This document shows, piece after piece, positions 14,140 through 26,530 of a stretch of DNA of 64,000 nucleotides. The DNA is from Octopus vulgaris (lineage: Eukaryota), in contig OX597826.1 of assembly GCA_951406725.2 (NCBI GenBank), forward strand, positions 64,480,001-64,544,000, read 5' to 3'. Below the pieces are notes generated by a model that was given only the letters and a program-made list of their open reading frames with translations, was not told the DNA's origin and did not search any database. The number at the start of each line of letters is the position of its first letter. Position 1 is the stretch's first letter. Position numbers and translations under genes: made by a program.

Positions 14140-14170
<31 letters not shown>
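13991..14170 (+). mobile_element. (GAT)n-tailed retroposon 3' end (family 5); copies at ~9560-9800, 15990-16207, 26970-27200(-), 50925-51140(-), 52455-52605(-), 55750-55920
   Basis: Shared TTGGCGTTAGGAAGGGCATCCAGCTGTAGAAA...CCAACCCATGC..GCATGGAA...TAAACGATGATG. Confidence 0.8.
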
Positions 14171-14218
<48 letters not shown>

Positions 14219-14304
14219 AGGTTGAAAAGGAACACACGAGTTGATATATATGGAAAAAAAAAGTCAAGATAGAAAATGCTAAAATAATTTTTAAAATAAC
14301 ATTT

Positions 14305-14340
14305 CAGTACCGGTTTCAGTCATTAAGACTTTTTCAACTG
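14305..14340 (-). ncRNA. Minimal type-I hammerhead ribozyme, U3-A8 variant (inverted twin)
   Basis: Exact reverse complement of 14513-14548. Confidence 0.6.
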
Positions 14341-14512
14341 TAAGTATGGAAAACAAATTTTGGAAAAATTAAAAGAAAAGTTTTTTTAAAAGAATATTTG
14401 CATAGTGTTCAAATGCAAGTGGCGTTTTCACTTGTATTTGAACACTATGCAAATATTCTTTTAAAAAACTTTTCTTTTAATTTTTCCCAAAATGAATTGT
14501 TTTCCATACTTA

Positions 14513-14548
14513 CAGTTGAAAAAGTCTTAATGACTGAAACCGGTACTG
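14513..14548 (+). ncRNA. Minimal type-I hammerhead ribozyme, U3-A8 variant
   Basis: CAG-TTGAAAA-AGTC-TTAAT-GACT-GAAA-CCGG-TA-CTG. Helix I CAG/CTG, helix II AGTC/GACT, palindromic helix III ACCGGT. Confidence 0.6.
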
Positions 14549-14829
14549 AAATTATGGAGATGTACTTGCATAGCAAGTGACTTGATCTGAGATCGTGTGC
14601 TGGAACGAAAACAATTGTAGCGTGGAAGATGTTTATAAGCCATTTAAGAAACACATAAAAATCATTAGATTCACTTCAACATTTAAATTTAATTTGAATC
14701 AAAATATTTTCGTTGCTTTGAGACCATGACCTGTTCACTGTCAAAACTTCATGCTAATGTTTTTTATAAAATTATTTTAGCATTTTTGATCTTGACTTTT
14801 TTTCCATATACATATATATATATTTTCAA

Positions 14830-15005
14830 AATGTGACCTCGTGTGTACCGTTGGGGTTTTTTTCTTCTGTCTTCCCTTCTCTGGATCATTCCTTCTCCTA
14901 TGTTTCCGATGAAGAGCTCTGCTCGAAACATCCAATAATACTATATTTGTTTCACGTCCTCGCGTTGTTGTGTTTTTTTGTGCTTTCTTGTTTGGATTAA
15001 CTAAC
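14830..15005 (+). repeat. Short dispersed repeat with decayed hammerhead core (copy 1; homolog at 25779-25983)
   Basis: CCGATGA-A-GAGC-TCT-GCTC-GAAA at 14906-14928; alignable to 25779-25983; bounded by (TA)n. Confidence 0.6.
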
Positions 15006-15071
<66 letters not shown>

Positions 15072-15446
15072 TCATCATCATCATCGTCGTCGTCATCATC
15101 ATTTAACGTACACTTTCCATACTGACATGGGTTGGATGGTTTAGCAGGAGCTGGCAAGGCAGCTTTTGGTTGGTACCTGGCTATAGATGAAGACACTTGC
15201 CCAAGGAGCCACATAGTAAGGCTGAACCTGAGGCCATGGGGTGGAGAAGCAAACTTCTTAAGTACACAACCATAGAAAAACACAAATCTAGTTTGGTGAA
15301 GATAAAGAATATCCACACTTGGTGTTTAGGGTTAGGATTAGGGCTTAGGGTTAGGGTTAAGGTTAGGTTTAGGGATAGGGTTAAGGTTATGCCTAAAATG
15401 GGTGATGTGCATATTCTTTACCTCTGCTGTATGTTTCATTATACAC

Positions 15447-15664
15447 TTACTCTTTTACTTGATTCAGTCATTTGACTGTGGCCATGCTGGAGCACCGCCT
15501 TTAGTTGAGCAAATCGACCTCAGGACTTATTCTTTGTAAGCCTAGTACTTATTCTATCGGTCTCTTTTGCCAAACCACTAGGTTATGGGGATGTAAACAC
15601 ACCAGCATCGGTTGTCAAGCAATGTTGGGGGACACACAAATATATACATACACACGTACACACA

Positions 15665-15725
<61 letters not shown>

Positions 15726-15926
15726 CCACACATATATATATATATATATGTATATACACATATATACGACAGGCTTCTTTCAGTTTCTGTATACCAAATC
15801 CACTCATAAGGCTTTGGTTGGCCCAAGGCTATAGTAGAAGACACTTGCCCAAGGTGCCATGCAGTGGGACTGAACCCGGAACTATGTGGTTGGTAAGCAA
15901 GCTACTTACCACACAGCCACTCCTAC
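15447..15926 (-). mobile_element. SINE family 1
   Basis: Alignable to 54446-54838. Confidence 0.85.
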
Positions 15927-16355
15927 GTCAGGTTGAAAAGTAATTTCATAGGTGGAAACTGCACCAATGCAAGTGTCATACATAAAGCACTTATGCTGGT
16001 GTGACATAAAAGCCATCCAGTACACTCAGTTCAATGGTTGGTATTAGGAAAGGCATCTAGGCATAGAAATTGTACCAAAACAGACAGTTGGTGCCTGGAC
16101 AGCTCTCTGGCTGGTCAGCTCTCTGGCTGGTCAGCTCTTGTCAGACCGTCCAACTCATGCCTGCATGGAAATCACACATTAAATGATGATAATGCTGATG
16201 ATGATGAAAGTGTATACTGATGTGTGTGTAAATACAATATCATGACAGTATACTAGGATAAAGTATGAAACTATAAATTTATCATCAATAAACTACATTA
16301 TAGGAGCACCATATTTCATATGTAGACACTCTACCTCAACAAATTCTCTGACCCA

Positions 16356-16405
<50 letters not shown>

Positions 16406-16516
16406 CACATATATGTATGTATCTTGTCCCATTTTGTATTTATATATATATATAATACACACATATACATAAATACATACACACACACACACATATTCTC
16501 CTCCAAAATGAAAATA

Positions 16517-16960
16517 TAATAATAATAATGAAATTATTGTATACAGTGCTCAGGTGCACCACAACTTGTCAGAGTATATGCACTAATGTACAAATGTCTG
16601 GAAAGTGAACAATGCATGAGTCAGATACATGCTTGTGTGTGTATGGAGGGGAGAAAATCAGGTGTAGTGTTGGCGAATCTCAGAAAGCATGGAAGATTTG
16701 AAGGATGCAGTGCTCCGACAACTAACAACTGATGCCGGCAGTTTGTTCCATGCTTCAGCAACTCTCAGCATGAAAAAATGTTTCCTGAAGTCATGGAAGC
16801 TGTGCTGTTTTCTGACTTTGTAAATATGTCCACGGGTGTTTGATGGGTGGAGTTTGTAAAGGTGCTCAGAGTTATTGTTTGTACGATGGTTGATAATTTT
16901 ATGGGTGTCTGCCAAGTCAGCTGCCAGACGTCGGAGTTTCAATGTGTCCATGCCCAGGGA
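16517..16960 (-). mobile_element. CR1-group LINE 3' fragment (ORF2 C-terminus, 3' UTR, (ATT)n tail)
   Basis: LRRLAADL...TRGHIYKV...RKHFFMLRVAEAWNKLPASVV...FK is the typical CR1 ORF2 terminus. Confidence 0.85.
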
Positions 16961-17268
16961 AGATGATTAATGATAGGCATTTTCAAGAGGATCACTTGAA
17001 AAACGCGAAGATCTTTCGACATGAAACCATTTGTTGCCTTGTTAAACCACAAATGAAAAATTATTTATCCACCAATGCAGTGTTGAACACTCATTATCAC
17101 TGTTCAATACTAGTGTGTATATACTTACATGCAGATATGCATGTATGTATGCACGTACGTATGTATGTATGTATGTATGTATAAAAGACCTTCCATTTTC
17201 CAACTATATATGGCAGTTCTGAAAACTAATTCTAACTCTATTTCAAAATTACTTGATAAACACACTCA

Positions 17269-17351
<83 letters not shown>

Positions 17352-17930
17352 TTTTTTACATGCATTAGGCTTGAAAGTATTAATAATAAATATGTACATA
17401 CATATGCAATATACATGTGATGATGATGATGATGATGCTCTATGAATTATATAGTTCCATCAATTTGTATACAACAATAGAAAGGTGATAGTCAATCTTG
17501 TGACTGGTATCACTATTTAAGCCTTTTGAAAGCAGCCATAGTTTATAATTACATGCAATCTATCACAAGCCCATAAAAATACGTTTTTGTATTCTTTTGT
17601 TGCGTTACTATTGTTTGACAACCAAAGGAAGACATAAAAAATAATAATGATAATAGTGAGCTTTAATATCTCTGACATTTATGATAATTCATAGCTTTAC
17701 TATGTGTCTGAGCACACTACTGACTTGTGGAATTGCGTAAAAGAACTGTTGTTGCATATGTAGAACAGTTCTTGGAATGAGGTCGTTGTGTATGGCTCCT
17801 TGGGTGCTGATGGTTTGGCATGGTTGAGTAGGCATTTAGCCTGCTTCGGTGACAGTGCTTTTTGACACTGGAAGTGAACACTCTTATATACATACATGCA
17901 CACACACACACACACGCACAGACACACACA

Positions 17931-17970
<40 letters not shown>

Positions 17971-18295
17971 TACACACAAACATGCATGCATGCATGCACG
18001 TGCACACACACTCACGTTCACATACACACACACATGCATGCATACACATACACACACATGCATGCATGTGCACATGCACATATGCATACATGCACACATA
18101 CAAACAGACACACACATACATGGACACATGCATGCATGCACACACACAGACACACTCTCACATACACACACACTTGCATGCATGCATGTGTGCACACACA
18201 CACACATACGCATATGCATACGTGCACACATACAAACACACACATACATGGACACATGCATGCACATGCACACAAACACACATGCACATCTTTAT

Positions 18296-18975
18296 ATTTT
18301 ATCTTTTACTTGTTTCATTCATTAGACTGTGGCCATGCTGGGGTATCACCTTGAAGAACTGTTTGTACTTGTTTTCTTTTTGTTTTTTATTAAGCCCAGT
18401 ACTTATTCTACTGATCTCTTTTGCTGAAGCACCAGGTTACAGAGACATAAACACACCAACACCAGTCAGCAAGCAGTGGTGAGGAACAAACACACACATA
18501 CCAACACACATATGATGGGCTTCTTTCAGATTCTGTCTACCAAGTTCACTAACAAGGTTTTGATTGGCCTGAGGGTATAGTAGAAGGCAATTGTCAAAGG
18601 TGTGGAGGCACATGGCCTAGTGGTTAGAGCAGCAGACTTGCGGTCAAGGGATCGTGGGTTCGAATCTCAGACCAGGCGATGTGTGTGTTTATGAGCGAAA
18701 CACCTAAACTCCTCACGGCTCCAGCAGAAGGTAATGGCGAACTCCTGCTGACTCTTTCGCCACAACTTTCTCTCACTCTTTCCTCCTGCATCTAGCAGCT
18801 CACCTGCGACGGACCGATGTCCCATCCAGGTGGGAAACCTATACACCATGGAAACTGGGAAACTGGCCCTTATGAGCCAGGCATGTCCCGAGAAGGGACA
18901 AAAAGAAAAAATAATTGTCAAAGGTGCCACACAGTGGGACTGAATCCAGAACCATGTGGCTGGGAAGCAAGCCTC
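18296..18975 (-). mobile_element. SINE family 1 with a nested plus-strand family-2 SINE (18603-18912, 14-bp TSD)
   Basis: TSD AATTGTCAAAGGTG at 18589-18602 and 18913-18926. Confidence 0.85.
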
Positions 18976-19084
18976 TTTTATTCATTACATTAGCCATAAA
19001 GGTCTTACAATGAAAGGAAGCTATGGGCTGGATGAAGACATAATGATATGGAATGACGAATGAAATGATAATAAATGAGGGCAA

Positions 19085-20240
19085 CTAGCAACGCCCGCTG
19101 ATTGCTGTCCACCCGAGAGCATTGTTCTTTTTAGGTTACGGATTCAAGGCAACAAACCACTTACATTTTCACAGTTCAAAAACAAAAAACCATTTATGAG
19201 GTAATAATCTCTAACATTTTTCACAAATAAAATTTCATTAACGAGGCAACAAACCTCTTACATTCAGTACAAATAAACATTTATGAGGCAATAAACCTCT
19301 TTCAAAATACAAAAATCATTTATGAGGCAATAACCTCTTACCCTTTTCATAATTTAATAATGCAAAAAATGAGGCACTAAGCCTCTTACTTATATTCATT
19401 ATACACTTTCCTGTCCGACCAGGCTCCGTGCTTTTGTGAAGCACCTAGACCGTGCCAAGCCGGACCACTTCACCATGTATCTAATAGAGTCCTCTGGGAA
19501 GGAATTCATTATCCTGCACAGATCAGTTTTCCATATGACCTCTGCGGCCACCTGCAAAGGCAAATCAAGGTCCTCCGTGCAAGACAGAATCCTCTCCCAC
19601 CAGCCCTTCTTTTTAAAATTCTTAACAAAGTTTTCTAATGTCCTTCCCTTATAGAAGAGGACTACAAATTCCTCCTCCACAGCATGGGAGGGATTTACAG
19701 TTTCCACTTTTGGTGGCATAACTTCCACTGAAGGTGCTTTGGGACATGGCTGCAGTGTATCACAAACAGCTGGCAATGTCCTGTTTTTCTTTTTTTTCCT
19801 TTGAGCCACAGGAGGGTGGAGTTTCTCCGCTTTGTCCAGAAGATCCTCCCTCCCTCCCGCCTTTTATTTTTTTGCTTTTTACAAGAAGGTTTCCACCTCC
19901 TTGACTTCCTCCTTCTCTCCCTCCAATGAGGGAGCAAGGAGCGGTATCTTTATCAATTGCTCCAGGACCTTATTTTGGTTTTGAGGGCAGTTCTTTTTAA
20001 TATGGCCTGGTTCCAGGAACAGGTGATACTTGGGTGGGGGGCGTCCCTCAAGCATCACCAGACACCTAGACCCGGTCATTCTAAAAAAATCTGGAAATAT
20101 CAGATTTTCAGCTGATTGGGTCTATAGGGTCAAAACAGCTTTTGACCCCTCCCAATCAGCCACAGGCAGGATATTCACATTGAGGAGCTTGGTACTGCTG
20201 CCACCCTGGTAATGACAGGCAGTTTCTGCAATCTAGTGGC
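19085..20240 (-). mobile_element. Degenerate retroelement with gag/ORF1-like zinc-knuckle frame and 3' stem-loop array (Tx1/L1-like?)
   Basis: Broken frames 20079-19399 with LEGRPPPKYHLFLEPGHIKKNCP (decayed CCHC knuckle) and a basic linker; six hairpin repeats follow the stop codon. Confidence 0.5.
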
Positions 20241-20299
20241 TATCACAAAAGAGGTTGTATACTAGATGTAACCGAAAAAATAGAGGATAGAAATTTTCT

Positions 20300-21400
20300 T
20301 CTTTGGTCAAGTTTTCATTGACTTCACTGGGAAAAGAAGGTAAGGATGAAGAGAAATGAAGATGATGAATAAATTTATTAAAAGGTGAATGAGAGTGGTG
20401 AACATGGCTTGAATAAGTGGCCTACACTCAGCAAGTGGCTGTAAGCTAGAGATTTGATGTCTGAGTGAGGACACTTGCCCTTTGTTGTCGGATTAATCAT
20501 GGGTCTGTGGAATTTCTTGTTTGGCATTTGGAGGCTGACTGTTGTGTATTGAACTCCTAATGAATATATAACAAATAATTAAAATCTGCAAGTCACATGG
20601 TATGCTATTGGAGACATTTCTTTATTGTCATCTTTCTTATTTTCTTTTTACTCATTACAAAGTCTAGCTGTGTTGTATCCCTTTCTCTGTACTGACAGCA
20701 ATGTTCTGGTTGTAGGCAATACAAACTATGACTCAACTAAACTGCAACTAATTTGCAGCATTATGCAAATTGATGAGATCCCAAAAGGAAATTTTTAGAA
20801 TGCCAGTGCAGTTGTTGTTACTGTTGCAGTGGTTGCAATGAAAGAAGCACTATTGATTTATGCTATATTAGCTTCGGCCGTGTCTAGAAGGCTCTCAGGT
20901 GGTTGATACTATCATATGTTTAGACCCTGAACCTCCCACTTGCTTTCATAATGTCCTGCTTATTAATATTAGTGTAACTGAAATGTTACCTTAGGCACAT
21001 ACTGGGATTGTGCAAGAGTATCTGATAGAAGGAGATAAAAGTCTTGCAACAAGACCTTTTGAATGTCCAACCCTCAACAGTTTGTTTGAGTTCCACTTGG
21101 AGTAGAATGTGAAGAATGAAGAGGAAGATACTGCAAGAAATTTGCTGAAAGATAGGTGACAGAGATGAGCTTGGCCAGAGTGAATGTGCTTATGAACAGC
21201 CTGTGACTGTCATCCAAAGAATACAGCAGAGAGAGGGCACTTGTCATTAGCTGTCAGAGTAACCACAAAGCAGTGGGGTTTCTTGATTGGCACTAAATGG
21301 CAATGCTTTATTTCATGGTTTTGAATATACTTTTGTACCATAATTGACTCTGCAAAATAACCTACTCCTATTGTTTTGGTAACTTCTTCTTGCAATGTCC
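20300..21400 (-). mobile_element. Highly decayed LINE (L2/CR1-group-like); 3' part also present at 25340-25460
   Basis: About 120 bp shared with 25340-25460; LDIQK-like RT remnant near 21060; no intact frame. Confidence 0.35.
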
Positions 21401-23207
21401 CCTTTATCTACATCCCGATGGAAAATAATAGCAATTCTTCTTATTATTATTGTTTAACGTGGTCATTAATCACCTACAATATAATTAATCACCTTATCTT
21501 TTATACTGTGTCCTTGCATATTAGGTGAGTATTTCAGAAATATTTTCACTTTCTGTCAAATACGTTCGTATATGTTTTTCAGTTGAAACATTCTGAACAA
21601 GCTCATCATATATATATATATACACACACATATTTATATATATATAAATGTATGTGTGTGTGTGTGTGTATGTATATATGAATATATATATTTATGTATG
21701 TGTGTGTGTTTGTCCCCCCACCACCATTGCTTGACAACCAGTGTTGGTGTGTTTTGCATCCTTGTAACTTAGCTGTTCAGTAGAAGAGATTAATAGAATA
21801 AGCACCAGGCTTACAGGGAATAAGTCCGGGGTCGATTTCTTTGACTAAAGGGTGGTGCTCCAGCATGGCCACCGTCAAATAACTGAAACAAGTAAAAGAA
21901 TGAAAGAATATGAGAAAAACATTCTGTACCACTAAAGCAAGAGGGTTCTCTGAATATGTACGACGTTTTTTAAGGTTAAATAGTAATTCTGTTTATGTTT
22001 GCATAACTGAGATATTTTGGGTGGATTATATAGTCATTGGTTTTACGCTTCTTTCTATATTCTGTAACTGTCACAATATACTTTTCTACAAGGGCAGTGA
22101 GCTGGCAGAATCGTTAGCATGCCAGGCAAAATACTTATCAAAATTTTGTCTGCTGTTATGTTCTATGTTCAAATTCTGCCGAGGCCAAATTTGTCCTTTC
22201 GGGGTCGATTACATAAGTACCGGTTACACATTGGGGTTGATGTAATCGACTTAATCCCTTTGTCTGTCCTTGTTTGTCCCCTCTATGTTTATCCCCCTGT
22301 GGACAATAAAGAAATAAATATACTTTTCTACTATAGGCACAAATCCTGAAATTTTGGGGGAGAGGGGACCAGTTGATTAGATCAACCCTAGTATGCAACT
22401 GGTACTTTATTTATCGACCCTGAAAGGATGAAAGGCAAAGTCGATTTCAGCAGAATTTGAACTCAGAATGTAAAGAAAGACGAAATACTGCTAAGCATTT
22501 CACCTGGCATGCTAACCATTCTGCCAGCTCGCCGCCTTTAACTGTCACAATATAGAAACATTTCACATGACACCAGCACACAATTCACAGATGCTTACGT
22601 TTTTTTATATTTTCTGTGAATTTTTCATGGGTCCAGCAAGTTATTATTATTATCATCATCATCATCGTCATTGTTGTCATCTTCATCATCGTCATGACGG
22701 TGAGCTGGTAGAATCTTTAGCATATCAGACAAAATGTTTAGCAGCATTTCGTCTGTCTATATGGTCTGTGTTCAAATTCTGCAGAAATTGACTTTTTCAT
22801 CTTTTCGGGGGTCGATAAATAGAGTACCAGTTATACACTGGAGTTGATGTAATCGACTTAAGCCCTCCCCCAAATTTCAGCGCTTGTGCAGAAAGGATTA
22901 TTATTATTATTATTATTAGTAGTAGTAGTAGTAGTAGAGGCTGGAGCAGCAGTAGTAGTAGTAAGAATCAGTGGAGCACTGGAGAAAAATGTGGGGGCGT
23001 ATATAATTTATGCTCCGAGTTCCACCTCAAAACAGAGAAACGAAGCAATATGTTATAGAATAATCTAATCCAGTGCTCTGACAATAACAAAAACTTATTT
23101 AAATCAGTGTTATAAAGTGATTACTAGGAAACCATATCACGATATCGATGCAGTCTTCATCTGTATTACCCACTGGGTTTTTTATTGTCAGGAAAAGCAT
23201 CACAAGT

Positions 23208-23274
<67 letters not shown>

Positions 23275-23560
23275 AGATGAGGGGATTAATATTACTGTGA
23301 TAACTATTCAGAACATCTTACATGGTTGCTTAACTTCGCTTACTTGTCAAATTTAATTATTTGTTTGATAACGCGATTCACTTGTTCGAATTTTGGACAA
23401 AATTTCGCTTTACAACCATTTAGTTCTGATTCTATCCCACTACATGACACCTAGTGCAAGTATCTTCTAGCAAACCCTCGGACTGATTAATCTATACATT
23501 ATTGTGATTGGAAATTAAATTAATAAACGAAATTCTATATGTGCGTATGCGTGAACCATT

Positions 23561-23933
23561 GTGGAGGCGCAATGGCCCAGTGGTTAGGGGCAGAGGACTC
23601 GCGGTTTCGATTCCTAGACCGGGCGTTGTGAGTGTTTATTGAGCGAAAACACCTAAAAGTTCCACGAGGCTCCGGCAGGGGATGGTGGTGATCCCTGCTG
23701 TACTCTTTCACCACAACTTTCTCTCACTCTTACTTCCTGTTTCTGTTGTACCTGTATTTCAAAGGGCCGGCCTTGTCACTCTCTGTGTCACGCTGAATAT
23801 CCCCGAGAACTACGTTAAGGGTACACGTGTCTGTGGAGTGCTCAGCCACTTAAACGTTAATTTCACGAGCAGGCTGTTCCGTTGATTCGGATCAACCGGA
23901 ACCCTCGTCGTCGTAACCGACGGAGTGCTTCCA
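23561..23933 (+). mobile_element. SINE family 2, young copy
   Basis: Near-identical to 49832-50215. Confidence 0.9.
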
Positions 23934-24419
23934 TATCCATGCGTGAATATCTTTTGGAGGTGTCTGTCGACGAAGGTGAAAACATCAGCAAAAAAACCGA
24001 TTCACTTGGAACAAAGTTCTTTGCACCAGTTACAACGTTTCCTCGTCACTCTCACTGTCAGAAAAATAACGAAACAATGATTAAGTCCTTGGAAACCGAA
24101 CCAATGATACTATCGTTCATGAATCAAATTTATAAAAAAGTGAAACGGTTATCGTCTAAGAATTAGAGTTACCTCCCTTAACATCTATTATCAGTGAGAA
24201 ACTATAGTTACCTCCCTTAACATCAATTATCAGTGAGAAATTTTAGCTATTTCCTTCTCACCATGAATAAACACAGAATTTTATAACTATGAAAAGACGC
24301 CCCAAAGAGGAAATCTTTCGATCCACGTGCTAGAAGATCAATGGTGTTTCCCGTAAGTCTCAACCCTACCGTCTGGGAAGAGAGCAAACTGAGTAATATA
24401 ATTCTGTTTTCCTTGTACA

Positions 24420-24830
24420 AAAAAAACAAAACAAAACAAAAATGATTGCGAGTGGAATGATCAGCGCGATCAGGCTGACCTGGGGCTAAGAAACATCAAC
24501 TGCTACTGATGATAAAAGGAGTCAAAAGGGATCTGCGACTGCGACTGCTATCATTCTTTCTTTAATTATTTCTTTGTTTAAACCAATTTTATTTAACCAG
24601 CTCAAGATGGTTGTCGTTGACGAGAGACTGCAGGTGAAACTCAGACGAAGCATTACAGGCTGAGAGGCGAGACGAGACGCTTGTGACCCTCCACCAGCTA
24701 CGGATGAAAGCTCCCTTACCATAACATAGCACTTGCAGTTATAAGTCTGCAGATAAGGTGTCTTTCAATTGCACAAATGTTGTTGCTGTTACCACCACCA
24801 CCACCACCACCACTACTACAACTACTACTA
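24420..24830 (+). repeat. Unclassified ~400-bp dispersed repeat; inverted near-identical copy at ~35133-35517
   Basis: Direct alignment by eye; both copies end in (ACC)n(ACT)n. Confidence 0.8.
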
Positions 24831-25067
24831 TTTCTTTATTACCCACAAGGGGCTAAACACAGAGGGGACAAACGGATTAAGTCGATTATACGACCTCAGT
24901 GCGTAACTGGTACTTATTTAATCGACCCCGAAAGGATGAAAGGCAAAGTCGACCTCGGCGGAATTTGAACTCAGAACGTAAGCGCAGACGAAATACTGCT
25001 AAGCATTTCGCCCGGCGTGCTAACGATTCTACTACTACTACTTCTACTGCTGCTGCAACTGCTGCTG

Positions 25068-25127
<60 letters not shown>

Positions 25128-25662
25128 TTGCTGCAGCTACTATTACTATTAACGTTGCTATTGCTACTGCTCCCCCAGCCCCACCACCGGACACATCAAA
25201 GGAAAGGCCACCCAATTCATTTGATATGGGGTTGGTCTCTAACAAACTTACATTTTAAAACTGCATTGTTAAAATAGGTGACTGTTCCATCTGTTGCTGA
25301 GGACCCTGTCACTGTTGTTTTGTCTATGGCTGGCCTACAGCATGACTTCCCTTGGAAAGGCAGGTAAAGATGAAGAGGAATGAAGATGATGTCATTCGAA
25401 TGAATTTATTATAATGGTGAGTGAGAGTGGTGAACATGGCTTGACTAAGTGACCTACACTATTTTGTCACACACTCTGACTACCTCAACTCCCTTATCTG
25501 TAAATTTCTCTGCCAAAAAACACCAATTCCATCCTGTCTATCACTTTTTCCTAGCAGAACTTACCTGTGAGAAATCTGACTGTAGTTCCCCCTCTATCTT
25601 ACCTCTTGAATATGATAGACATTCACTTGCCTGCACTGGCAGCTTTACAGTTGGGCCTTTAA

Positions 25663-25765
<103 letters not shown>

Positions 25766-25778
25766 GTGTGTGTGTATA

Positions 25779-25978
25779 TGTGACCGCGTGTATATTGTTG
25801 GCGATTTTCTTTCTCCATCTTCCCTTCCTTGGACCTTTACTTTTTCTATGTTTCTGATGAAGAGCTCCACTCAAAATGTTAAATCCTTCTTCTTTCTTTC
25901 CTTTCCTGAGCGTCCAATAACACTATACTTATTCCACATACTTGCATTGTTGTGTTTTCTCTTTGTTCATGTTTGGAT

Positions 25979-25983
<5 letters not shown>
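25779..25983 (+). repeat. Short dispersed repeat with decayed hammerhead core (copy 2)
   Basis: TTT-CTGATGA-A-GAGC-TCC-ACTC-AAAA-TGTT-AAA at 25851-25883; between (TA)n tracts. Confidence 0.6.
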
Positions 25984-26031
<48 letters not shown>

Positions 26032-26403
26032 TGAGATAGGGGTTGTAAGTGCAACCCTCCATGGGATAACATATATCCAATATACTGCTAGTGAAGCACC
26101 CAACAAAGATAATACATAAATGTTAAGAATTGTGATGCAATTAATTCATTTACTGTATTATATGGGCAAAGGTAAAATGTTTTACCACAAATTAATAATA
26201 CAAAATAAGAAAATGGAGAAACACATCAATGATCAACTAACAGATAATACCCAATCACATAATTTATTAAACCACTACATATGAACATTAAGGTCAAACA
26301 TAATAATATAGAACAAAATAATGTACATGAAAGAGTAATATGATACAATAAGTACAGTATGTATAAGTGAATATAAATAAATACAAATATAAATATAAAC
26401 TAC

Positions 26404-26530
26404 ATCTTACAGCTGTTTCGGCTGTGCAGATATGGGAGTCTCATTATGCTCATATTAGCCATGTGTGATAGGTCAATATGTAGTCATAAATGAGACACTT
26501 ACAAAAATATCCCAAGGCCTCTTCAGAGAT
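26404..26530 (-). ncRNA. Type-I hammerhead ribozyme, canonical core, palindromic helix III, ~100-nt helix II
   Basis: Minus strand reads ATCT-CTGAAGA-GGC...GCC-GAAA-CAGCTG-TA-AGAT. Helix I ATCT/AGAT, GUA cleavage triplet, nested stems inside helix II. Confidence 0.75.

Larger units (their letters stand above)
14244..14810. mobile_element. Nested inverted-repeat element carrying hammerhead motifs (Penelope-like pseudo-LTR relic?)
   Basis: Outer imperfect IR 14244-14303 / 14756-14810; inner palindrome arms 14301-14421 / 14429-14552; flanked by TA/TG microsatellites. Confidence 0.55.

Noticed and set aside
15326-15388. (TTAGGG)n-like tract as a telomere or fusion scar
   Set aside because: Short, degenerate and embedded among repeats; similar tracts occur inside other elements in this window.
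19146-19390. Palindromic repeat-spacer array as a CRISPR locus
   Set aside because: Linkers are related AT-rich sequences of uneven length, repeats are degenerate, and there are no cas genes. Kept only as a retroelement 3' structure.
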